DNA from: a virus
Lineage: Duplodnaviria > Caudoviricetes
Direction: 5' to 3' (one strand)
IMG/VR virus record: IMGVR_UViG_3300035498_000877
Location: 225,235 to 289,234 of that record
DNA length: 64,000 nt
Shown: positions 1-9,357 of the stretch, in pieces
Layout: every line of letters starts with the position of its first letter
How positions within the stretch are numbered: position 1 is the first letter of the stretch
Program-made: the position numbers and the translations under genes
Notes under the pieces: generated by a model
Told to the model about the DNA's origin: nothing
What the model saw: the letters and a program-made list of their open reading frames with translations, nothing else
Database searches by the model: none

Positions 1-2740
1 TAATATCGAAGGAGTAGTTCCTTTAGGAGCGGGAACTAACAGGTATGCATTCAAGTTAAATGGTTTTGTAATCAAAGTAGCAACTAATAGTGAAGGGAAG
101 CTTGATAATCTAAAAGAATTCAAAATGTGTAAGACATTATCAGCATTTGGGAATTGGGTCATTAGATGTTATGAAGTTTCTCAAAATGGAACATTGCTAG
201 TCACTGAATATGTCCAACCATTTGAATCATATTCAGAGATGATGCAGTATAAAAATGAGATAAGAGAAATTTTATCAAAAGTCTCTGATGAATATTTTAT
301 TGGGGATATTGGAATTACTTCAAAGAATTATGCAAACTGGGGATTGCGAGTAGGAACTAATGAACCAGTTTGCCTTGACTTTGCATATGTGTTTGATGTT
401 AATTCAGATATATTGACATGTAAAGTGTGCAAGGAGAATGCAATTTTATCTCCAGATGAAGATTTTAATTATCTTATTTGCACAAATCCAGCATGTAGGC
501 ATAAATATGATTTCAGTATGTTGAGATCACGAATAAGTGAATCAAGATTAAGAGCTGAGATTGGAAACTTAGAAGATGTTGGATATAAAATTAATGCTCC
601 ACAATTAGAAGTAGAACTAGATGAAACTAGATCTGCATATCTTCAAACAAAGAAGATTAAACCAAAACATGAACAAAAATTGGTGGAAGAAATACCACCT
701 GAATACAAGGAGGAAATAGAAATGACAGCAGGAATAGAAAATAAAACAAATGAAGCAGAAGTAATAATAAATGCAACAGCACGTATTGATGAAGATGAAA
801 TACAACAAGAGCAGGTTGAAAAAGGATCAATATTTGATATAAATATTGATTTAGCTGCTAGAGTATTACCAGAAGATGAAGAAGATGAGAATGAGGATGA
901 AGAAGATTATTCTGATGATGTTGAAATAGACGAAAGTTTATTAGTTTCTGAGGAAGAGTTTGAGAAACAGATTCATGAAGCAATAGCTGAAGTAGATAAT
1001 GAAGAGGCTGAAGAAGTTACAGCTAAAACTGATCCAACAATTGATGAAATAATAAACTTGGTATCTGATTCATTCTTAGATAACCAACTAACAGTAATAT
1101 CCCGTTTATCAAATTATATGGAACAGAGTGTTACTATGAGATATGATCTGTTCAATATGATAAGGAAGCATCTTAAATTTAAGATGACTGAAAATGAGTT
1201 TATGAAAGCATTTCAGAATGCAATATTCAGATCATTAATTCAGTATCTTGGAATTGAAGAGACTAAGATTACAAATGCTGATAATAAACAACAAACCAAA
1301 TTCATTCCAGTATTGAATAAGGAGAATAAGTATGAAAAAGGTAGAGAATTGGCAGATGTTATGTTAACATATGCATTTATCTCTAATCTCTGGGAATACA
1401 GATTCTTACCAAAAGTCGATATGAATCCTAACTATGATATAGTAGCATCATATAGTGAACAAGACAATGATGGATTTGCAATCCAAAGAGAGTGGGTTGA
1501 AGTATTCATAAATCGTCTCAGTTCTAAGGTGACTATAGCTCAAGATGGATTGGATATAATTTCTAGTATCATGATGAAATTATTCTGTCCTGTATATGCT
1601 CCACAGGATAATTTCATGAATCCACCTGTTGAAGATAATGAGGAAGATAATGGAATAGAAATAATTGATAATCCAGTAGAGCCAGAACCAGAGGTTTCTG
1701 ATGATACGATTTTACGTGCAGCAACTGGTGAAATTGATGAACCATCTGATCCAGTTGATATTTATGATGAAACTGTAAATAGTTTTAATTCAAGTGAAGC
1801 TGTTGAGCCAGGATATGATGAAGATCATTTGTTAATCAATACAGATGGGAATGGAATAACAGTAATCGTTAATCCTGTAGATGATGAGGACAATTATGAT
1901 CGTATCTATATTAAGTGCAATTGTCATCAGGATGAATTAGCTGCAGCTATTATTCCAATCTATGAGAAGATAGGAGAATTTGATGAGGACCAAGAAATTC
2001 CTATGGAAGGTGATCCTTCAAATTTATATCTGTCATGGTTAACTGCATTTGAACCAATTAAAGTTCATTATACTTCAAATCCAGATGCAGAAATGAGAAT
2101 AAATTATTCATATGGACAAGATGAGGAAAATCAAGTTTATATGATAAATCTTGGATATGATGAGAATAAACAGCAGTATCTGATGGGTACTTATCTAGTT
2201 AATGATATCTTCGTTGTGAATGCTGATGGAGAACCAGTTACGGCATTCGAAGAAGATTTAATGGTAAAATTAGATCTGATTATCAGAAAGAATATTGCAG
2301 GTACAGCTATATCTCATTATAAGAGAACATGGGAAGAAATTGATAGGTTATCAATGATAACAAATGAAGAACTCAATGATGAGGCTTTGGATTCAATTGT
2401 GGATATGGTTCTTGGACATGATGGTGATCAAAATTCTAATGAAAATATTGCTGAATCAGCTGAAGAGAATTCTACTCCAGATGTTAATCCACATTGTGTA
2501 ACACCTGAACAAGTAGGTTTAGACATTGATGATAGACCAGAGAATCCCAATGTAAAATCATATACTGAACCGGGAGCAGCAATTGATTATGATGGAGATA
2601 TGAAACCTGTTGAAGGATTATGGGATCCATCAACTCCTATTACTGTTACCCAGCAAAAACCAAAAACAATTGAAGAAGAAGTTGATGAGATAGAGAAACA
2701 AATCAATGAAGGTGTAATAATACATCCAATTAGAAAATAA
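1..2740 (+). CDS. Protein-kinase-like domain + Zn ribbon + long acidic C-terminal region (5'-truncated by window)
   Basis: Frame is open from position 2, upstream of the listed ATG: LGAGTNRYAF (Gly loop), VIKVA (Lys), LKEF (helix-C Glu), LLVTEYV (hinge), GDIGITSKNYANWG (catalytic-loop-like), VCLDFAY (DFG-like); then CKVC...CTNPAC and a D/E-rich tail. Confidence 0.7.
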   Translation, partial: NIEGVVPLGAGTNRYAFKLNGFVIKVATNSEGKLDNLKEFKMCKTLSAFGNWVIRCYEVSQNGTLLVTEYVQPFESYSEMMQYKNEIREILSKVSDEYFIGDIGITSKNYANWGLRVGTNEPVCLDFAYVFDVNSDILTCKVCKENAILSPDEDFNYLICTNPACRHKYDFSMLRSRISESRLRAEIGNLEDVGYKINAPQLEVELDETRSAYLQTKKIKPKHEQKLVEEIPPEYKEEIEMTAGIENKTNEAEVIINATARIDEDEIQQEQVEKGSIFDINIDLAARVLPEDEEDENEDEEDYSDDVEIDESLLVSEEEFEKQIHEAIAEVDNEEAEEVTAKTDPTIDEIINLVSDSFLDNQLTVISRLSNYMEQSVTMRYDLFNMIRKHLKFKMTENEFMKAFQNAIFRSLIQYLGIEETKITNADNKQQTKFIPVLNKENKYEKGRELADVMLTYAFISNLWEYRFLPKVDMNPNYDIVASYSEQDNDGFAIQREWVEVFINRLSSKVTIAQDGLDIISSIMMKLFCPVYAPQDNFMNPPVEDNEEDNGIEIIDNPVEPEPEVSDDTILRAATGEIDEPSDPVDIYDETVNSFNSSEAVEPGYDEDHLLINTDGNGITVIVNPVDDEDNYDRIYIKCNCHQDELAAAIIPIYEKIGEFDEDQEIPMEGDPSNLYLSWLTAFEPIKVHYTSNPDAEMRINYSYGQDEENQVYMINLGYDENKQQYLMGTYLVNDIFVVNADGEPVTAFEEDLMVKLDLIIRKNIAGTAISHYKRTWEEIDRLSMITNEELNDEALDSIVDMVLGHDGDQNSNENIAESAEENSTPDVNPHCVTPEQVGLDIDDRPENPNVKSYTEPGAAIDYDGDMKPVEGLWDPSTPITVTQQKPKTIEEEVDEIEKQINEGVIIHPIRK

Positions 2741-2746
2741 AATAAT

Positions 2747-2782
2747 ATGGTCCCAGTAAAAATACTGGGACTATTTATTTTT
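2747..2782 (+). terminator. Intrinsic terminator
   Basis: ATGGTCCCAGTA/TACTGGGACTAT hairpin plus T-rich tail after the stop. Confidence 0.6.
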
Positions 2783-2792
2783 GGAGGTTAGC

Positions 2793-3512
2793 ATGTTATA
2801 TCGAATAGATAAACAACATTTCCTAATGCATATGATTGATTACTTTACTAAAGATGAATTACTTCATTTTCAATATCTAGTATTATCGGCAAAAGTAATT
2901 TCACTTGATGGTGGAACATCTGAAAAATTAGGTGATTGGGAGGAAGTAACAAATAGGGGTAAGGTTATGAATGTACAGAAGTTATCATCAGTATTTTATC
3001 CAACTTCAGATACAATTATTGAATATGCAGAGACAGGAAATAAAGAAGTATTTGAAAAAATGTATATGAATGAATTATTTCCAAAAGATAATAATGATTG
3101 TCTACTGACCATGTATCGATCAATAATAGATCCAGTTGTAAAACATAATGATGTGATAATCATAAATGATATGCATGAGAATGATATCATAGATGTATTC
3201 TGTAAAGCTATTAAGAAGAAATTTTCATTAGATACAATTGATCTCAATGAACTATTTTCAAAAGGATCTATTGAGGAAATGATAATTGATATTAATAAAG
3301 TTAAAGATAAATCTGTTGATATCAGAATTATGTCAGCAAAAGAAAAAGAAAAGTTACTAGAGCAAACTGCAGACGGTAGATTAGAATTATTGAATATGAT
3401 GAATAGTTTTGACAAGAAACGTAAATTAAAAAAGCTAGGAATTAAATTCAATAAGAATGATGATCTTGATGTATTATTAACAGAAGCATGGGTAAATGAT
3501 ATAGGTAATTGA
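2793..3512 (+). CDS. Hypothetical protein
   Basis: ORF with GGAGG before ATG 2793. Confidence 0.75.
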   Translation: MLYRIDKQHFLMHMIDYFTKDELLHFQYLVLSAKVISLDGGTSEKLGDWEEVTNRGKVMNVQKLSSVFYPTSDTIIEYAETGNKEVFEKMYMNELFPKDNNDCLLTMYRSIIDPVVKHNDVIIINDMHENDIIDVFCKAIKKKFSLDTIDLNELFSKGSIEEMIIDINKVKDKSVDIRIMSAKEKEKLLEQTADGRLELLNMMNSFDKKRKLKKLGIKFNKNDDLDVLLTEAWVNDIGN

Positions 3513-3613
3513 AAGGAGTGTATCAACATTCCTTTTATTTTTTCTCTCTCCAGCATTCAAACAGAAGCATAATAGAATAATCCAAAAATTAAATAGTAAA
3601 GGAGATATAGATC

Positions 3614-5545
3614 ATGATTATAATTAATGACGATCAAAATGATATCATGGTAGAGGGTTTTATAAAAGATACTCTCAATAATGCAGGCTTAGATACAGAT
3701 GCGATAGCTAATGATATGTCAAATGCAAAAGGTGCAAAAGAACATCTAAAGGTAGCTGCAGATACTACTAAATCCGTGAAATCAGTAAGTGATAAAATAA
3801 TTGCTGACAACGGAGTATCTAATACATCACTTGTATCACGTGCAAGAAATTCAGTACTTCAATTCCCAATTTATATTACACAATCAATGAGAGTTAATGA
3901 GGCTCAGATAATCTCTAATTTTTTTGCTAGAGCATACACAACTCTTGTACAAACAGTATTATCACAGAATCCAATGATTGACGAAGATGATGTTAATAAT
4001 ATGAAATTCTTAAAGAATTTCCATACTAACTTGAAAGAATCATCAGATATTTTCATAAATGAATTTTATGAACCTATTGATGAAATTGATTCAATGTTGA
4101 AAGATAGTGTATTCTATTCAGCTCAGATTAATGAAAGTATCAGTGTTGACTTTAGTGTTATGCCTTCAATTGATAATGATTTAATATTAGAAGATGCTAG
4201 ATTGTCAAATGAGCCATTAACTGGATTTAATTATTTAAGAGAATCAGAAGATAAATATGCTAAGAAATCAGATGCTAAAGAAACACCTGCAAGAAATATT
4301 ACAGCAGAAACTGGGTATGCTAAAATGACTCCTAGCGATATGGATGCATTAGCTATTGAAGAACTTAATAGCGAAAGAGCAAAAAATGGAGATAAACCAT
4401 ATCCATCTGATATTGCTACTGGTAATAAAATTAAAGAAGTTGCTCTTGATGAAGTTAATAGAGAAAGAAAAGCTGCTGGTAAATCTACGTTACCAGATAA
4501 TTATAGTAATTCACTATCAAGTATTGCACTTGATGAGATTAATGATGAGAGAGAAGCAAATGGTGAATCTCCATATACACAAGATGATATTAAAAATGAT
4601 GATGATAGATCTATACGAAAAGAGATTAATAGTAAAAAACAAGAAATTACTAATCAAATAAAAGATAGAGAGAATGAGATCACAAATGAAATTAACAATA
4701 AGAAGTCTGAGATAAAAAAAGAAATTACAAGAGCTAGTATTAAGGGTGATAGATGGCATAATATGTACGTAAAGAAAGGAACTGAGTTCTATAGAGTTGA
4801 TAGCAGAACTACTAAAGCAACTAATGTTGCACCAGTTGAAGTTCCAACTTTATTAAGAGATGCTGATATTAAGAGAATTAATAATCTTACTCCATATACA
4901 ATGAGAGCTACTTTCAGAGTAAAACATAAAGATGGTTCAGTTTCAGATCTTTCATATATCATTGGAGTAAAGAGTATGCTTCATCTAATTCATTCGGATG
5001 ATTTAGCAGATGATCTTGAAGAGCTGGTAACCGGAAAAGTTCACAAGCTTCAGAAAGTACGTTATAAGACAGGAGAAATTAGTACTATTGATTATCTATT
5101 TAATATTAAAGGACTTAAAGCAGATGCATTGAAGAAGACTCAGTCAAATAAGAAGTGGATTTCTTCATTGAAGAGATTATCTGATTATAGCCATCAAAAT
5201 CAATCAATGCTTAAGAAACCTATGCAATTAGCAGCTGAGATTACAAATGGTGGTGTGAGACCAATTCCTAATGGTACATTGGTATTATCAAATATAGATG
5301 TTGTTGCTTTAAAGAGTTCAACAGGTATTGATTTAAACAGTGTTAGTGCAGTTAAAAGTTTAGCACGTAATTTATTTTTGATTGCTGTATGTATTGTAGA
5401 TGAATCAGCAGGAACCCTAAAAGTATTATTCCCTGATGCTGATAATGAATGGGATACGCAATCACTTTCTTCTATTGATGCAGAGTTATCAAAGACTGAC
5501 AATAGTGCATTGATGAAAGAATTAAATAAGGCAGTAAATAGATAA
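3614..5545 (+). CDS. Probable virion (head) structural protein
   Basis: 643-aa ORF, AAGGAG RBS, in an operon with the prohead protease; function inferred from context. Confidence 0.5.
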   Translation: MIIINDDQNDIMVEGFIKDTLNNAGLDTDAIANDMSNAKGAKEHLKVAADTTKSVKSVSDKIIADNGVSNTSLVSRARNSVLQFPIYITQSMRVNEAQIISNFFARAYTTLVQTVLSQNPMIDEDDVNNMKFLKNFHTNLKESSDIFINEFYEPIDEIDSMLKDSVFYSAQINESISVDFSVMPSIDNDLILEDARLSNEPLTGFNYLRESEDKYAKKSDAKETPARNITAETGYAKMTPSDMDALAIEELNSERAKNGDKPYPSDIATGNKIKEVALDEVNRERKAAGKSTLPDNYSNSLSSIALDEINDEREANGESPYTQDDIKNDDDRSIRKEINSKKQEITNQIKDRENEITNEINNKKSEIKKEITRASIKGDRWHNMYVKKGTEFYRVDSRTTKATNVAPVEVPTLLRDADIKRINNLTPYTMRATFRVKHKDGSVSDLSYIIGVKSMLHLIHSDDLADDLEELVTGKVHKLQKVRYKTGEISTIDYLFNIKGLKADALKKTQSNKKWISSLKRLSDYSHQNQSMLKKPMQLAAEITNGGVRPIPNGTLVLSNIDVVALKSSTGIDLNSVSAVKSLARNLFLIAVCIVDESAGTLKVLFPDADNEWDTQSLSSIDAELSKTDNSALMKELNKAVNR

Positions 5546-5560
5546 GGAGGTAAATTAAAC

Positions 5561-6655
5561 ATGGGATATTATGATATAACTAATGACTATCTAGAGATAA
5601 TATCTGGATCATCTAGTAAGTATTCTAGACCATATACAGAAGCAGCTAATAAAACTAAGAATGTCAAATATGCTGAGAAAGCTCTAAAAGCATTTACTAA
5701 ATCAATAAAGAAAGTAAAGAATAATAAAAAGTCTGATAAGGCAATAGATGATTCAAGAGGAAATATTAAACAATTTAGTGGATATGATGATATTGAAAAA
5801 ACATTTGCATTCTTGAAAATGCATTCATTTAGCTCACCATTACTAACTGATCTTCAGGGTTTATATGATTCAATTGTAAAATATACATCTGAATATGTTA
5901 AAGGATATGAGAAACAAGTATTCTTGATTATCTATGAATACCATCAGGCTGTATATTTATTATCTACTGGATTATTGATTGTACTTTCAAGAGATATTGA
6001 TATAGTAGATAGTGATAAGGATCTTAAGATCAAATTTGTTAAGAAGGTTAATACCGATAAGCGAGTGGGTCAATATACTGATATCATTAATAAATATAAT
6101 GGTCAACTAAAGATGGCTAAGCATCAGGAATATTTAAGAGATCTTATTCAGAATAAAGAAGTTGCTGGTATAGATACAAATATTACTGAAGGTACTGTTG
6201 CAGATGTTGTTTCTTCAATTGGTTCATTAGCTGATATTGGATTTACTGCAGCAGTGACTGGAATTAATGCTATGAAATATATAAAGAATACAGCATTCGG
6301 AATTATTCCATTAATAAGATCTATTATATATTTAAAATATAAAAGTAAAGCTGATGCAATAAATTCACTCCATAGCCAGATTTCATATCTTGAGCAGAAT
6401 ATAAATAGGCTTGAGAATAAAACAGCAATGGATCCAAAGAAGAAAGAAGTAATTATTAAGAAGCAAAGAGCCTATATTGAGGCTTATAAAAAGAGAGCTG
6501 ATAAATTAATTGCAGAACTCAGTGAGAGTGAGAAAGATGCAGCAGTTGCTCTAACAGCTGATAATAAAGTAATTGAGCAAGAAATGAAAGATGACGATAT
6601 TGTTATAGAGCATACTGAGATAAATGAGTATATTAATAATTATAGAGAGGAATGA
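5561..6655 (+). CDS. Probable virion structural protein
   Basis: 364-aa ORF between a structural-like gene and the protease; coiled-coil C-terminus. Confidence 0.5.
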   Translation: MGYYDITNDYLEIISGSSSKYSRPYTEAANKTKNVKYAEKALKAFTKSIKKVKNNKKSDKAIDDSRGNIKQFSGYDDIEKTFAFLKMHSFSSPLLTDLQGLYDSIVKYTSEYVKGYEKQVFLIIYEYHQAVYLLSTGLLIVLSRDIDIVDSDKDLKIKFVKKVNTDKRVGQYTDIINKYNGQLKMAKHQEYLRDLIQNKEVAGIDTNITEGTVADVVSSIGSLADIGFTAAVTGINAMKYIKNTAFGIIPLIRSIIYLKYKSKADAINSLHSQISYLEQNINRLENKTAMDPKKKEVIIKKQRAYIEAYKKRADKLIAELSESEKDAAVALTADNKVIEQEMKDDDIVIEHTEINEYINNYREE

Positions 6656-6660
6656 TATAA

Positions 6661-7521
6661 ATGGATAATAGTTTAGATACATTATGCTATATTCATGAGC
6701 AGACTTCTTATATGGAAGACTATAAAGATAGTTTCGGATATGAAGTACATGAAACTGGTCCTAATAGATTTTATGTAACATTCCCAGCTGTATTGCAATC
6801 ATTTGATGTTATGAATAGAAATGGTAGATCCTATGATGCCAATAATATTATGGAATGTATTAATACAGATGATCAGATTCAGTCTATGTTAAGACAGAAT
6901 TCATGGATGGGTGAGATTGATCATCCGGCAGCTGAGAAAAAAGGTGAGGAATTAACAGTTAATAGAATTGCTAATCCCGATCTTAAAAAGACATCTCATT
7001 ATATTAGAAAACCAGTGTTAAATGGAAATCTTTTGGAAGCAAATATCCAGACAGATTCTTCTAATGAGAATGGAATGAATATGGCAATTAAAATTGTTGA
7101 TGGTAAAATAGTACCGTGTTTTAGTGCACGTATATTAGGATCATTAAGAAATGTAATGGGTAAACCAGTAGTACATGTAAACAAATTGGTTACATATGAT
7201 TGGGTTCTATATCCATCACATAAAGAAGCAATGGCTAAGATACATCAACCATTGATGGAATCAGTTAATACTATAAAAGATTATGCTGGCAAGCAAATTA
7301 TATTCTTGAAAGAATTAGCACACATGGCTGCTAATAATTCTAAAGAGACAGAATGGTTATGTGAGTCTTTTAATTTAACTATTGATGATGTGGTTGGGCT
7401 AACATCAACTGGTGATTCAGTAGTTATTCAAGAATCAGGAAATGTGTATATTCAGCCTATTACAGATAAGGCAGTTAGAACAAAAACACAACGTGGATTG
7501 AGTGATTGGTTAAACCAGTAA
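6661..7521 (+). CDS. Prohead core protein protease (T4 gp21/phiKZ gp175-like)
   Basis: Motifs NRNGRSY, GEIDHP, FSARILGS, TYDWVLYPSH. Confidence 0.9.
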   Translation: MDNSLDTLCYIHEQTSYMEDYKDSFGYEVHETGPNRFYVTFPAVLQSFDVMNRNGRSYDANNIMECINTDDQIQSMLRQNSWMGEIDHPAAEKKGEELTVNRIANPDLKKTSHYIRKPVLNGNLLEANIQTDSSNENGMNMAIKIVDGKIVPCFSARILGSLRNVMGKPVVHVNKLVTYDWVLYPSHKEAMAKIHQPLMESVNTIKDYAGKQIIFLKELAHMAANNSKETEWLCESFNLTIDDVVGLTSTGDSVVIQESGNVYIQPITDKAVRTKTQRGLSDWLNQ

Positions 7522-7524
7522 AAT

Positions 7525-7560
7525 GATTGGGAGGATTGATTCCTCCCAATCGTATGTTTC
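7525..7560 (+). terminator. Intrinsic terminator
   Basis: GATTGGGAGGA/TCCTCCCAATC inverted repeat after the protease stop. Confidence 0.65.
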
Positions 7561-7667
7561 CATTTTTCATTAATATATTCTAATAATGTAATAAGATAAG
7601 AGTAAGTTATCATTATTATATAAAAACTGAATATAATATATTAAAATTATCTAAGGAGGATATTAAA

Positions 7668-8267
7668 ATGAGTAAGAAAATTATTAATCAGGTAGAAACA
7701 AACTTAGTGGTAGATGCAAATGAAATGCTGAATGGTGATGGAAATCGTCTTGTTAGTGTTACTGGAACATTAGCAGTTGATGCTTTCCTTACTCCAGGAG
7801 GATATGCAACATTATCTAGCATAATTTACACATCAGAAAAAGGATCAATAGTTGATTTAGCAATCGCTAATAATATTGATCTAAATGTATTATCTGATAA
7901 AATTGTTAATGTATGGATGGCAGCAAACTATGAGCAATGCAATGATAATTGTAATATTACCAGTCATGGATATACATTTAAGCAGGATGATGTAGTAATA
8001 AACATCGGTAGATTCCTGGATCTTAAATGGGTACCAGCTAAAATCTTTGAAGGGAAAGTTGAAGGAGATCATATACAAATGAAAGTCCATAATAATAATT
8101 CTATTCTTAGATTTTATAAAGAATCAGATTTAGAAAGGACACATTGGAATGAGAAACCATGCAAGATTGATATCACTATTGATATGTTATTACATCAGCG
8201 TGATTACCGATATGCAGAACTTGGAAACTTTGAAGATGCTTTCAATATGGCATGCCATATTGAATAA
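7668..8267 (+). CDS. Hypothetical protein
   Basis: ORF with AAGGAGG RBS; TATATTCT motif upstream. Confidence 0.75.
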   Translation: MSKKIINQVETNLVVDANEMLNGDGNRLVSVTGTLAVDAFLTPGGYATLSSIIYTSEKGSIVDLAIANNIDLNVLSDKIVNVWMAANYEQCNDNCNITSHGYTFKQDDVVINIGRFLDLKWVPAKIFEGKVEGDHIQMKVHNNNSILRFYKESDLERTHWNEKPCKIDITIDMLLHQRDYRYAELGNFEDAFNMACHIE

Positions 8268-8280
8268 TGAAGGAGGTATA

Positions 8281-8787
8281 ATGATGTATAAGGATGGACC
8301 AAATACCAATATTGAGATAATTGAAAGTATTGCATCTTTTACACCAGATATCTATGACAAATTATCATACCCTACTACTGGAGAAATAGAATTGTTATAT
8401 CCAGCATTATATGATCATGTTATATATGACAGATTTGGAATTACAAATGACAATGAATGCATGTTGTATTATAATTATAAAACTATAAAGATTGTGATGA
8501 ATGATCGATATAGAATATTTAATCATTATCAGTGTGCATTTATAAATCAGCTAATCTCCCAAGATTGCGGAGATGATGGTTTGTTATCAGATATAGGAAA
8601 TCTTTCTGCAGAAGCAGATATTGATAGGATGGGACTCGAAATGAAAATCAAATATTTATTTAATCAAATGAAAGATCATAAGATATCATTTCAAGTTGTA
8701 ACATATAAATTATATACCATTTATAATTATCTATATGATGGCAGCGATAAGATCTTATATGATAAGCTGCCATTATATAAAAATTAA
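8281..8787 (+). CDS. Hypothetical protein, YPT..YPxLY..NHYQC paralog family
   Basis: GGAGGT RBS before ATG 8281; shares motifs with 23761 and 24476. Confidence 0.75.
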   Translation: MMYKDGPNTNIEIIESIASFTPDIYDKLSYPTTGEIELLYPALYDHVIYDRFGITNDNECMLYYNYKTIKIVMNDRYRIFNHYQCAFINQLISQDCGDDGLLSDIGNLSAEADIDRMGLEMKIKYLFNQMKDHKISFQVVTYKLYTIYNYLYDGSDKILYDKLPLYKN

Positions 8788-8800
8788 GGAGGAAAACAAA

Positions 8801-8992
8801 ATGAAGAAAACATTGGAAAATATTAAAAATGCAGTTGCGATAGTAATTATTATAGGATGCTTTATGAAAGGTTTATATGAGTTCGAGAAAACCATAATGT
8901 ATGCAGGATTTACAATGATTAACAAGACCGAACAAATGTTCACTAGAACATGGAACAATATAAGACTAAGGAAAGATAGGAAGAGAGCATAA
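8801..8992 (+). CDS. Small membrane protein
   Basis: AAGGAGG RBS; hydrophobic AVAIVIIIGCFM segment. Confidence 0.6.
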   Translation: MKKTLENIKNAVAIVIIIGCFMKGLYEFEKTIMYAGFTMINKTEQMFTRTWNNIRLRKDRKRA

Positions 8993-9012
8993 CAGCTCTC
9001 TTCCTTTTCTTA

Positions 9013-9303
9013 TTATGCTAATAAGATATCAATTTTATTTTTTGATATTTCATATCCATTATAATTCCACATATATGCATTATCACGAAATGCTTCTGGA
9101 ACATACTCTTCTGTAATTCTATTTTTTATTGCATCTACTTTTTTAGTTATTTCAACTAAATTCTTTTCAGCTAAATCATATTTATCTGTACCAATCAAAT
9201 TAGTGGCAATTGATTGACGTACTGATTGTGTTGTCAATAAATCTGATAATTCTTTAGCTAATTCATCTGGTATTTCAAAATCAGATATAATATTATTTCC
9301 CAT
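9013..9303 (-). CDS. Hypothetical protein
   Basis: 96-aa ORF with AGGAGG RBS. Confidence 0.75.
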   Translation of the reverse strand: MGNNIISDFEIPDELAKELSDLLTTQSVRQSIATNLIGTDKYDLAEKNLVEITKKVDAIKNRITEEYVPEAFRDNAYMWNYNGYEISKNKIDILLA

Positions 9304-9357
9304 ATAAATAATTCCTCCTAAAAATAAATTTTATTGATTATAGTTTATCTGTAGTAT

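Noticed and set aside
3559-3572. AR9-type late promoter AACA-N6-TA upstream of the structural operon
   Set aside because: It matches here, but spacing is inconsistent upstream of other late-looking genes, so it is not supportable by eye.
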